From: Paramecium tetraurelia | Taxonomy: Eukaryota | Length of the DNA: 63,667 bases | Assembly: GCA_000165425.1 (NCBI GenBank) | Contig: CT868518.1 | Coordinates: forward strand, 248,001-311,667 | Reading direction: 5' to 3' | In this document: in pieces, positions 27,970 to 41,087 of the stretch | Layout: each line of letters starts with the position of its first letter | Numbering within the stretch: the first letter of the stretch is position 1 | Translations under genes and position numbers: made by a program | The notes under the pieces: model-generated | Told to the model about the DNA's origin: nothing | What the model saw: the letters and a program-made list of their open reading frames with translations, nothing else | The model's database searches: none

Positions 27970-29379
27970 TCATTCGATCCAAACTGTCTTAATATTGGAG
28001 AAGTTCTAGACCCCCCATTCACCACATTCTCTACCATATCCAGATCCTTTGATACCTCCAGATGGTAATCTTTAATCTGATTTGACTATTTCATTCACAA
28101 ACACCATTCCTGCTTCTAGATGATTCACAAATTACTCAATCTCCTTCTTGTCATTACTAACAACTACTGCTCCTAATCCATAAGATGTGTTATTCGCAAT
28201 TCTCAATATCTCATCATTACTATTGGCTTTGATAAGACTAAATAATGGTCCAAAGGTCTCCTCTTTTGCCAATACATTTTATTCATCCACCTCTACTACT
28301 GTTGGCAACATAAAATTTTCATTCTCCTTTAATCTCTTCCCACCATAAACTATCTTTGCTCCTCCATCCACGCCCTTCTTTATCTAATTCAAAATATTTG
28401 TTATTAAATCCTCTCTAGCCATTGGTCCTAATTCGGTTGTCTCTAATAAAGGATCACCAATTTTCAATTTCTCCAATGCATTTACTAATTTCTCCTTAAA
28501 AATATCGTAATATTGAAAATGAACTATGAATCTTTTTGCTGAAAAGCATACTTATCCACAATTTGCAACTCTTGATTTAAGTGCCAATTGAACTGCCAAT
28601 TCAACATTTGCATTTTATAATATACAAAATGGATCAGACCCTCCCAATTCCAATACACTTCTCTTCAGATATTTACCAGCAGTAGCTCCTATTATTGAAC
28701 CTGCAGCTGTGGAACCTGTAAATGATACACCCTATATCTAAGGATGTGCCATCACTTAATCAAGTTATTAAGCAGTTGTAAATGCATTCTAAAAAATGTT
28801 GCCATCGAATCCTGCTGATGTAAATAGTTCCTATAGAGCTAATCCACATAGACCTGTAGAATCAGATGGTCTATGAATCACTGCATTACCAACTGCTAAC
28901 ATTGGAATTATTGGCTTAAAACCTAAAACTAAATTCTTTTGATACATAACCAAAATGGAAAATTAAAAGGTGATATTGAGTAGATGGTACCTATAGGAGA
29001 ATATTGTACATAACTATTTTTGGCTTCTGTCTTCACTCTCTGAGGTTGTAAATATTTATTTATATTCTCAGCATAATATTTACAATAATTTTAAGATTTC
29101 TTGACCTCAGCCATTGATTAGGATATAGGTTTCCCTATTTCATAAGATATCAATTTAGCATATTTTTCTTAATTCTAATTCAATAAATCTGCCAACCTAC
29201 TTAATATATCATTTCTACTTCAATAGCTTCTCTGATTTTATTTAAAATGAACTATTCTTATTGATTTGATATCCCTCCTTTGATTATTGTATCACATGAT
29301 TTAATTCTTAATCATTTAGAAACTTGAATTCCCCTAGTACCTATTTTGTAGCTGGATTTTTTGATATAAATTATCTCAT
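27970..29379 (-). CDS. Aldehyde dehydrogenase, succinate-semialdehyde dehydrogenase (Sad/GabD-like)
   Basis: Motifs [48 protein letters not shown] and SGYGRE; one intron. Confidence 0.92.
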
Positions 29380-29491
29380 TATTGATTGTAAATATTTGAT
29401 ATTATTTATAAATATAGAAACATCATCATAGATCCAAATTATTGAAATTAATTAATACTTAGCTGTCAATTATTGAACACATTATCTCTTT

Positions 29492-29902
29492 ATGTATTAT
29501 AAGTATTCATTTAAATCCCTAAATAAGCTATAATTATAACCCATACCTCAAAATTAAGCAACTATCCAAATAGAAACAGATAATACAAGTTTTAATAAAT
29601 AGATGATATTCAACTATAGACATAATAAATTCACCTTCACATTCGATCCTAATAATAGTTTAACAGAGGTATCTTAAACTGAAAGACAATTAATGTATTT
29701 AATAAACACCATTACTAAGATGATTAGTGAAGTATTATATCAGAAAAAGTATTAATACTGATTAATTAATTTATAAAGTATATATTATGAAAATCATTAG
29801 ATTTCTCTTGATCTAATTCAGTTCAAAAAGTATCTAACCATTTCTCATTCAGATTTGTAAGCTACATAACTTGATATTAATAAATGCGACAGCGTTTATT
29901 GA
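29492..29902 (+). CDS. Small hypothetical protein
   Basis: Code-6 frame ATG 29492 to TGA 29900 with one 30-nt TGA-containing intron. Confidence 0.45.
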
Positions 29903-30097
29903 ATATTAATGTGAAGAGAAATCAGACTGATTATCATCTAATGAATATTGAATAATGATTTTTTACTAGAGATTTAGTATTAGATTTAATAATTAAATAA
30001 TATGCTTTCAATCATATTCTAAATGATTATAATTATAAAAACATGTATTGAAATTTGATTAATTAAACATGGAATTCTATTAATAATAATAATAAAA

Positions 30098-30965
30098 ATG
30101 AGTATTTATTTCGATGGGTCAAATGTTGGAATACAAATAGCTCCGATAGAATATCAATCAAATTATACAGTGTCAAATATGTATGATTACTTGGCGCAAT
30201 ACTAATTAGACAGGTAACAATACAGTTTAACGTTGGATGGATAAACAATGTTAAACCCATAAGATAGTTCATACATTTCATAATTTTTTTAACCAAATGC
30301 AGCTCTTTATGTTGTTTAAGCATAGCCAACATTTAATGTGTATTTTGAAGGATAGTAAATATTGACAAATCAACTACCAAACATGGCTATACTTGATGTA
30401 TTTCACTGATAATATATAATAGTTGTTAACATATTTATAATAATAAGGTGTTAATCTAGGGTAAAATGTGTAAGTTGACTTTTATGATTAAAGTTCCACT
30501 CCACTATTTATGAATGCTGATATTAATGAGGGTTTGTATAATTATACAAATGGTAATCAAATAGTAATCATAAATATCACACCTTTATAATAATAAGAGA
30601 TTCCAAAATAGATGGGATCAAATACTAAAGTGGATTCATTTAAATAATAAAAGTAATAATTATAAATAAATATTAGTATTGGAGCAAATGAACTACTCTA
30701 ATCCTTGATTTTACTCAAAAATGTAAGTTTATTGATTGATCCAAATGGTTAATTTGTTGTATACAAATTTCACTTCCCAACTTTGATCTAAGGATACTTA
30801 CAAAGAAGTTAAGGAAAAGATGCAGCTAATATTACACACTTTAGTGTGGTGCATGCTGATTGGATAGAAAAGAATAACATAAAATATTGCTCATTTGATG
30901 ATTACGGATTTGCTATTACATGGGAAGATGGAAATGTTAGTTCCGTGAAAATTAAGCAATAGTGA
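30098..30965 (+). CDS. Hypothetical protein (N-terminus possibly ubiquitin-like fold)
   Basis: Open frame with one 25-nt intron near 30398, ending at TGA 30963. The fold is a guess from the hydrophobic pattern only. Confidence 0.6.
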
Positions 30966-31574
30966 AAATCATATAAATCAAAAATAATTATACATTTTTT
31001 ATCAAATTATAATCTACCTTATTTTAACTATCCGAAAGATGTTTCTCATCACTAATAAAATTTATCAATATATCAATTAATAGCAAACAGGGTTTGAAAT
31101 AGAAATTTATTTTCATCAAGTTAAAGTTTTAGTATTCTAGAAATGATATGGCTTTTGATATAAAATTAAAATGAAATTATATTAGAAGTATTCAAATATT
31201 AACAATTAACATTTTTAGTAAGTCTTTGATCAAAAAATGCTTGCAATAGAATATATATCTATATAATTTTATAATGATAAATCTTAATCTGATTAATAAT
31301 CATTATCAACTGACCCCTTTCAGTTTTTTTATTATTTCTTATCTGTAACTAAAATATTCAATCGGCACATAAAGATATTGATTTTTTCCAAAAACCTAAT
31401 TTATTACATAATTCTCGAATAAAACCTTTTAATCAAACGAAATATTTGAGCAAATGTACGAATAATATCATATTTACATGAGAATTTACTTGAACATCAT
31501 TAATTTGCATTCAAAGTGAAATTGTCATCTATATTTTAGCTAATTATAAAAATAAAAAAACATTAATATATGGA

Positions 31575-34401
31575 TCATTTTTCAAATATTTCGCTAGAAT
31601 TATTTAAATTAGCAGGATCATGAGAAAATTTTGCTTCCCCAACAACAATCAACTCTTTGTGATTTATAATTTGTGCTCTTGTATTTTCCTTTTTAATATA
31701 TGTCAAATGATTACATTTTGCTTTTATTGTTCCATTCTTAAATCTTTAATATAACGATCTACAATTGACTTATAATCTTCCTCAAGTATCTAAAATCTTA
31801 AATCTATTTTCTTTTCTCTGTCCTCTTTCTTTTCTTCCTCTTTTTTATTTTCGTCTTCTTACTTTTCATCATCATTTTTCTTTACGTGGCCTTCTTTTTT
31901 AGTATTTTCTGACTATATAGATTTATTATATTTGCCATTTAATATTGCTCCTAGGACAATTAATGAATCTATCAAATAAAGTGTCAAATTGTAAAATATT
32001 ATGATGGAAAATATATAACCTTAAAAATTCATGGAGGTTTCAACAATATAAAATCTTATAAATATCAATATATATTTACATTATTAAAAAAAAAATGTTT
32101 AAGCACAAATATTAGGATAATTTCTAAACTTATTCCAGATATTCTTTAGGTTTTATTTAAATCCTTAAAAGATGATACATTTCGGAATAAACAGTTGTGA
32201 TAAGCAAATTTAAAAAGATAAAAATTGGCACTAACAATGATACCCTATTAATTAATAATAATGATATACCAACATTAATCTGTCTTAATCCCAAAGTTTC
32301 TAATTATAAAAAAGGCAATAAAAATTAAAATTCCAAAAATAGTGACAAAATGTTATTCATCTTGAACATCATATACTAGATTTCTCCCGTATGTGTAAAT
32401 TAGGTTGCCTATTACAGCTGCTGAGCACAAGATTTCTGCAAAAAAAGTATATTTGAATAGCTTTTCATAAAAGTTATCAACCTTTTTTTCTGAAATGCTT
32501 TAGATTGACAGTTTATACATCCTTACTTATTTAGAATTTTATTCATCATTACCATCATTCATCAATCCTTCATTGATATTGTTATCAGTTGAAGAGTGTT
32601 ACACATGAGAACTTTATGCATCTCTCATCCATTCTTCAAATTCTTGGGTTGGTAATTCTTTATATAAATTTTCAAATTTATAATTTTTCTATTCAATTTC
32701 AAAGTTAATTTCTTTTTTGGAATTCATTTGATTTTTGTCTAGTTTCTTAATTTTTGACTTAAAAAGAATTTATAATTCATTTTTAGTGAATAACAAGATT
32801 AAATCTCTAACTTTTTTTTTCACAATGGTTACGCCAATTTAGTATTATTAAACTAGTAACACAAAAAATAATAATAGGATAAATAGGAAAAATGGACAAA
32901 CTATTGCAATTATAATTTTTAAGTATGATCTGGAACTATTTGAATAAAAATATAATTGATATGGTGAGAAGGTGTACAAAAATAAAATTTGTGCTAATTT
33001 TATTTTAGATTCAAATTTTCTTAAATCTAATAAGATTGCATACATAAGACTATGCTTATTTAATGCAAAATCATTACATTAAGTAATGTTATACATCAGA
33101 TTTGATAAATCCAAAAACATTTAAGCTTAATTATCTTGAATGATTTTCTTCTCACCTAAATTACTAGCAGCAGAAAAAAAATATTTTTTTTCACTCTTTT
33201 TAAACATATTAAAAGGTAATACTGAATTTAAATGTAAATTTAGATTTCCTTTCTAATTTTCACTTTCTAATTCTTTAATATAGCTATCAACATCGTTATA
33301 GAGCTCGTTCCATTTATAATAAGCGAAGAAAGGATCATGAAATCTCTTAAGCTCTGCTAAAGAATCTATTTAAAATTAGTAATTCAAATAGTTCATATAT
33401 CCAACAAAAGAATAATTAAGAGTTAAAATTTTATTTTCATTTTGTACATGAATTAAATTATAATAGCCAGTTGCCCCACAATATTTAGGTGACATAATCA
33501 TTTCATCCATATATATAAATTTTTCTTTACCTATTTGAATACTCAAATAACCAACATAAAAATATTGAGATTGAAAATGCTTAAAGATTCCTCTATAAAT
33601 CCAATTTAATAGCCTAATAGTACTTTATTCTTCATTGATTACTAAAAATATGCACTTGTTATATTCATAAGTATAGCATATATTACCTTAATAATAAATA
33701 CAATACTTACATTCATTTTCTTTTACATTTATTTTTGATACAAGGTCTGGATCGAAATTTTTACAGTTTTCTTTACCATTAATTAAAATTACAATATTAA
33801 TCTTCCTTTTTGACTCTTTTGGGAAAATATCCTTGAATGTTGCAATTTGAGAATTAATTTCTGATATTTCTTAATTATCATAAAGTAAACAAAATGTGAC
33901 ACTATTATCATCAATCTATTCAAATTGAAAGATTTGTTTGTTAATTTATTATCTTAAAATAATCTCAGTCTATTATGGATATGGATTATTTTGAATCTAG
34001 TTGATTAGACTATTAACGATGTCATCCACATTAAATTATTATTTTATAAAATCATCCATATCAGATAATTACCCTTCATCTTTTCCTTATTCTTATCCAG
34101 CTTTTTGTTATTACGATTGAGATGTTTATTCTTAATTCTACCTCTCTTTGAGCTTAACAATAAAATAGTTATAAAGTTTAATATGTTTATCTAGGTAGTC
34201 CTTACCTTTTGTGCTAATGTTGTCATAAATTAATCCATCACCTTAGTTGATAGGCCTATAAATTATATTTGGATTAGATTCGCTAGTCTATTCATAAACT
34301 TCAAATCCCTATGTGAGCATTAATTTTTACAGATGCGTCACTCGTATTAAAATAAAGAGTATGCTAAACTTTTGGAGACTCGCTAGCCTGGTTTGAAACA
34401 T
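31575..34401 (-). CDS. Degenerate chitin-synthase-like (GT2) multipass membrane protein
   Basis: VTFCLLYDNQE, INIVILINGKE, CIFLVINEE..LLNWIYRG, YCGATGY and HDPFFAYYKWNEL occur in chitin-synthase order, followed by multiple TM segments. Confidence 0.6.
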
Positions 34402-35206
34402 TCATTTATTAAATAAAATATCTAAATTTAATTAATGTCAAATTATATATATATTGATTACAATATACTAAGTAGAATATTTTTAGAAATAAAAAAATGA
34501 TTTTTACATATTTGGAAGTGAGATAAAATGGTGAACACCTTTCAATTGTTTTGAAAAATTGAGCTTAAATTAGCTTATAACATTAGATGAAAATCTATGT
34601 TATTCTGCGTTAAATGCACTTAAAAAGTTCGGTGAACTTGAAATTAAATTTCTTTTTTGTATCTATTCAATCTTTTGATTTAGAATATAATGTAATTTCC
34701 TAATAGCTCGCAATAAGTTTATTATTAATCCAATAGGTTTAGTATACATAATGTATTGTAGTTGATTTATAATCAACATTAATCTAAATGATATCTACTA
34801 AAATAGCCTTCCTTGAATCTATCATGAGTTCTGAATAACTAGGCTTCGAATTCATTGAGAGAAAATCAAATTTTAAATAATATAATATAAGAAAATATTC
34901 AATTTAGGCTAAACTAAACCAAAAATAAAAATAGAATACCATAATTTCTTCTTTAAATAATTGCTTGAAAATTCATGAAAGTGAATAGACATTTATGATG
35001 ATATCAAAATTTATTAGATATCGATTCACTGAAATCACAGTAAAGAAAATTTCAGAATTAATTATATTTAATTAACTTTAATAAGATAATCTTCATTGAA
35101 TTGTGAATAACCTGATAGAAAAGTCATTGAAGTTGTAGAGAAACGAAATTACAGAGTATTAAATATCAAAAATATTAAATATAAAATTAATTAATTAATA
35201 TAAATT

Positions 35207-35965
35207 TCATTTAAAGAGGAAGGAACATTTTTCCATCTCATCTAATTATTATTAGATTTACACTTTTATCGATTTAGTTCTGCCTCTTTCAAGTTGGCTG
35301 GTTTTCTGATTCCTCTCAAATTACAATTAAAATATTTAATTGATTCTTTTTTATTCAATTTCTTATAATTTTTTACTCATTTCTAATTTAATTAATTATT
35401 CTTAATCATTAAATTTATTAATTAGCACTTCTTCTTAATGAGCATGTTTTTATTTAAGTACTCTTTATTGTGTTTCTTGAGTTTACCTCTATTCGGATTG
35501 GGTTCTTCTCATATGATCTTAACTTGCTTCTTTTAGATATACCTGATAAAGTTCTGCTTTTTTGAATTCCTTTTGATTGGATAAATATGTTATAATTTTT
35601 TATAGATTTTGATATTCAGCATTTTGTTATCTTTTATTAAAGATAGATTTTTATAATTATACCTTTTATTAATGCCATAATTATTAAAGTGCTTGACTTT
35701 TCTAATAATTGAACTTTTCAAATAGCTGATTAAAGTATTAATTAACTTCTTCTATTTATTACTTGGTTTATGAGAGAATTCTTTCTTCTCCTAATTTGAA
35801 TTAATCCTAAATTTCTTCTCTTTCAATAAGATCTCGTATAGTTTTCATTTGAAGTATTTTAGATTTAACTTCATCAGCCTCTTTGAAATCATGATTGACT
35901 TAACAATTAACCATATGCTATTATGTCAGTTTTATTATTTCATCCATTTGTGTTAAAGTCAACAT
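35207..35965 (-). CDS. Coiled-coil hypothetical protein, 252 aa
   Basis: Intronless open code-6 frame rich in E/K/Q. Confidence 0.7.
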
Positions 35966-36011
35966 TTATGAATATAATTTATTAATAATTTCATTGATAA
36001 TATAATGATAA

Positions 36012-37034
36012 TCAATCTGGATATTCAACATCACCAAATTCTGATGGTAATTGATAAGTACCAGGTCCAGGAACTAAAATAATGAAATTGAATTCGTTTA
36101 CAAACTTTATTTCGAATTTAAATAGTTTTTCTTTCTGATGCTCCAAAACTGAATCCAGAACTACTTTTCAATCTGAAATCAGCAATATCTCCAGGAGGAT
36201 CATAGGTTCCTGGCCCAGGAGTTTTAATTATTCTGAAAGACTTGTTAGATGTAGGAGAAAACAAAGGAGCTCTATTACTAGAGTATTTAGAATTGAAGTA
36301 ATTTCCAATTTTGCTGATACCACCAACATTATAAGCACAGGGAGATGGAGTTGTCGATTCCAAATAAATATCTAAATTGTTAGTGATGTCTTTACGTTTT
36401 GCTTTGGTTCTTTCTCCAAATGAAAATTTGATGTTGGAGAAAGTATCTTTCAAATTGTAGGTATTAGGTGCTGGATTTTTATTTGGATTACCATATATTC
36501 CTACAGCTTTGGTTTCTGCTCTGCCATACCCAAATTTTGTGACTGGTTTTGGTTTTGATTTAATTGTATAAGCAGTAGGAGGAGGGATATACTTATCTGT
36601 TAATTTGGCAAAGTCGAATTTTATACCAAATCCGAAACTGCAAGTTCTTTAACCAAGAGCTGTTCTTATCCTAAAATTGTACAAAGATTGAAATACTAGG
36701 AGTCATAAAATTATTGTTGACAATAACTGGAACGAGGTTTCGAGAATCTTGTGGCTTTAGCAAATGAATATTGTTATTTAGATGGGGAATGATTAATAAC
36801 ATCATGAATAACCTTTTTATTAAATTGATCAGCTGTTCTCAAGAGTATCATAGATCCTGTATTTCTTGATCGTCCATATAAGGTTTCTGCAGCGCTAAAT
36901 GTTCTTTCTGAGGCTGTCCGCGCTCTTCCCTTCTTCTTGCTGCTCTCTTGAGGACTACTCAATTCAATATTATTCCCTGATTATGTCTCCTACTCCTATA
37001 ATTTATATTGACTGTCCAACTATTTCTCAGACAT
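36012..37034 (-). CDS. SHIPPO/ODF3-type PGP-repeat ciliary protein
   Basis: Repeats PPPTAY, PAPNTY, PSPCAY and PGPGTY (twice), each followed by FSFG-like segments; this joins track ORFs 36774-36962 and 36118-36453. Confidence 0.85.
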
Positions 37035-37062
37035 CTTTATTTTATTATTAGAATAAATTTAA

Positions 37063-38342
37063 TCAAATTTCTATATTAGATAACGTTCCTGCCAATAACT
37101 CTGCATAACTCTACAATTGACTTGTCAAAGGTTCCTCTATTCCAAAAAAATTTTCGCTGACCTCTAATAAGTGTTCCCTTTCAATGTAAATCAACAACTT
37201 GTTTTTTAAACAAGTCTAACTTCATAAAAATATTATACCTCAACTATTCCTATTACCTTATCCTTGTTATTTAATAAAGGTTTAATAAAAATGGGTAAAA
37301 TAGATGTCACATCAACCTTTGAATAAAATTTTACTGATCTCTTGATATCATTTACGACTCTACTTATTCTTCACTCTCATTCCTACCAATCCATATTCTA
37401 ATGAAAAGATCTCTTCCTTCTGATTCATTCTTCACAAAGTAAAATTTTATCATCTATAATCCAAGTATCCTCTTAAAACTTAATTTGATCCTGTCACTTG
37501 CTATTTATTTACTTTTGGTTCTTAAAGTATATATTAACTGATTAATCATCAGACTTCCATACTTTTAAGCTATTTACCAACTTTCCTTATGAACCAACCT
37601 TTAAATTATTATTCCTAAAAATCTGCATATAATTATTCCAAAACATTCTTCATCAGACGAAAATTATTCCTGTTCTGAATTCAAAATTATCAAACTACAT
37701 CTTACTCTATTCTAACCTATACAAAATATTGGCAATATTAATGCATTTTTTCCGTATTCAGGTTCTTCACTCTTCTTTATTCGATATATTATTGGCTTTT
37801 TTGGCTTCTAACTTATGTTTTGGGGTTTAATACATCTTGAAGGTATCTGCTACTCTTGATTTCTGTATTTTTATTTTATTATTATCACCAAAATAAACCC
37901 TACTAATCCTTTATCCTATAATGCCATTATTTATTATTTAGTCTTTAAATAAGAATACAATAACCCATTTTTAGAATCCAACAACTGTAATTTAGCTGTC
38001 TCACATTTAAATACTCAAGGTAACTGTCTATTTACATAAAAAATTAGATCTTCTATTGTTTAGGAATTGCTGAACTCTTACATTTTTAATAACAGCTAAT
38101 TTAACCTCTCAGAAAAATCTTCGAAGAACAGCAATTGATTGCTATAATAAGTGATTTGCTGTTTTAGACTTCCTAAGATTATTAAGATATTTATTAAAGG
38201 GTATTTAAAACACCTTTCTCACATAGATCATTAATAAAGTTTGAGGATCAAATTTCGAACACACAATTCTAAAATCCAAATTTTTTGGTATTATCAATAC
38301 ATTCTCAAATTCTACAAATTTATCTGATAGAATTTACAGCAT
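37063..38342 (-). pseudogene. Putative GAF-like-domain gene with a disrupted 5' part
   Basis: The 3' ~950 nt reads as a coherent protein (ILPIF..DKVIGIVE). There is an in-frame TGA at 38015-38017 and further stops or frame breaks near 38220. Confidence 0.45.
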
Positions 38343-38459
38343 TCATACAAATTAAATTGAGTAATGATCTATTGAGAATGAATTAAAAGTAACTATTACA
38401 AAATTGAATGATTAAAAATATGAATAAATTTGAATTTATTTTATTTTATTATTCAATGA

Positions 38460-39380
38460 CAATTCATTATCATCCTTCTTAATAAACCCTCTAATTTCAT
38501 CATCTTTATTATTTTTCCTCAATTTATCAATTATTTTTTATAACAGACTTACTACTATTTGATTTTAATTTAATTTCCCTTGAATGCTGTCAACCTTCTA
38601 ATTCTTTCTTTCCAATTCTCTTTTCAATTATTCATTTTCCTTCATTAAAATAGTTAAATTTGATCTCATTTAAAAAATATTGATACAGTTTTGAGATAAA
38701 ATAGATTGATTTATTATCTTACATTTTATTTAATTTATTTTATATTCTTTTAAACAATATATTCAATTCTCTTTTCTAATGCACTTGGTATTTTGACTTT
38801 AATTTCGTTTAGATCTTTACTTTTTTTAAGTACTTTTAATATTTTTTAATCTTCCTCTATCAATTTATTACTTCTAGATGAATTGATCTCCACTTCTTAT
38901 TGTATTGACTTATTCCGATAAAATAATTTAGCCTTTTTCAATGCCTACTTATTGAACACTAGAAAATAAAAAATGGTGTAATTGAAGCTTTCTTTTACTT
39001 TCTGTTTAAACAGCCTAAATAGATTTCAATTTTAGATGTATTTTAAATAGTGTTGACAATTGAAAGTAAGATTTATTCAATTTTTTAGATAGTAGGTAGA
39101 CTGTTTACTTCATTTTGTGTGATGTAATAAACTTAAATAAGGAATTCTAAACTAGTGCATCTAGATATCAATCTATTTTGAAAATCTATTAGTTTACTTA
39201 GACTTCGAAATTTTCATTACCCTCTATCAATAATCTTTTCTCTTTGCTGTAGACACTCAAATTTATGTGGTAATATCAATGTTTATTATGATCGCTTATT
39301 GGTCGAGGAGTACTCATTTAAGTAGTTCTTTAATGATCATTAGATTAAGGTTATTTGGACAGTAGGGGCACTAATTAATA
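38460..39380 (-). pseudogene. Possible decayed coiled-coil gene
   Basis: Coding-like composition (MKENEQLKRELERKNQKV), but every frame I tried hits TGA without an intron explanation. Confidence 0.3.
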
Positions 39381-41087
39381 ATGTTTCTTTTTTATTATAT
39401 TTATAAATAAATTATTAATCTTAGTATATGTTTTTTTTTATTTTATGGAACTTTATTTCTATTTGTTAAAACTCAAAATCTTATACGAATTTACAAATAG
39501 TAAAGTATTATTATGCTTTATTCGAATTCCCTAAAATAATATTTAGAAATGTTAATTAGAAAATAATGGTATTTAAAATTCATCTTTTAACAGGATCCTG
39601 AGATTTCTTCTTGACAAAAGTTGTTTATCATCACAAGTTATATAAACCATTCAATTTATTATTTACTTGAATATCTATCAAAAATCTACAATAAAATTTG
39701 AATTATTCAAATTTACACATCCTGTTTTTTTAATTAATTGTAAACCCATTTACTTGAGCAATCTACACGATAATTCTATTTAAAGTTGATTAAGTAAAAT
39801 TCTAAAAAATCGATTTCTTATTAAACTATTGTAAAAATGATTGTAATACCTAGTTTATGAAAAACAGATAACGTTATATTTGAATTTTGCATATTATTGA
39901 TATTCAACAGCTTACTATTGTTATTTCTTAAAAATTCTTCAGTTTCAATTTATTAACTATCTATGTATAAATTTTTTTATATTTATATTTCTCAACTACT
40001 ACTCCTAATTTAGTAGTTTTTTTGTTCTTCCTCCTATTTAATTCTTTAATTATTCCCATATAAATTGAGTCTCTAATATTTTAATCTATTCAAAGAAACA
40101 AAACCACATAAAAAAAAATGATTTCTTACAATATTACCTATCTAAACTCCAACGTAATTATATATTCATATTAGCAAAGGAATCACGCTATTTTTATTAT
40201 TTTCTTTTCTCAGAAATTCGATAGATTAATATCTAATAGGAGGCATCATTTACTACCTTTTAAATTTTTTATTCATTTTTCTAACTCAATCCTACCAGAG
40301 AAGTGAAGTCTTCGTAAGTAAATTAGATTCAAGCAAGGCAAAAAATAGTAAAACAATAAATGATCTTAATATCTCCAAAATCTAGTTTTAACTTAAAATT
40401 TTAGTTTATAATATAATATTTTTAGCTCAATTTTGATATTCTTTTTTTAGCTGTTTTGATTATATGAAACTTTAATGATCAAACTATTATTTTAGAGAAG
40501 GAAAATATTTTTGATGGAAAAACAATTTATGATATTTTGAAAACAACTAAATGAACATCATTATTAGAGTGAAGTTGTGAAGTTGTAGTAGATTAGATAT
40601 ATTATATGAGCAATTTTTTTGAAAAAAGAAATATAATGGGGATTTTTAATACGCTAATTTTGTTTTAAAAATAATAAGCGTATTATAAATCAGAAAATTG
40701 AGAAAGTTAAATTGCTAAACAAAAAATTTGAATATTTATATAAAGCTTACATTAATTAAATTTTTCAATAAATATTATCCATGATTATTAAATATGATCT
40801 AATTTATATTTAATATGATTCAACCCTCTATAAATATTCAACTATATTATAAATTATATTCTTTAGTTATTAATATTAAAGATGGCAAATTAAAGAAATC
40901 AAAAGGTCTTAAGTTTGTTTATGGATATCAATGTGTATTTTACAAAAACAAGTGCAATTGAACATTATAAATGGTTGAAAGATCAAGAAATGAAAATTCA
41001 ACATTATACTACATTTAACAATAAGTATTTAGAAATGAATTTTATATAATAATTATGATAAATTTATCATATGAAAGTGATCATAAG

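Noticed and set aside
34788..35099. 103-codon code-6 ORF on the + strand
   Set aside because: No motif, and ORFs of this size arise easily by chance with a single stop codon.
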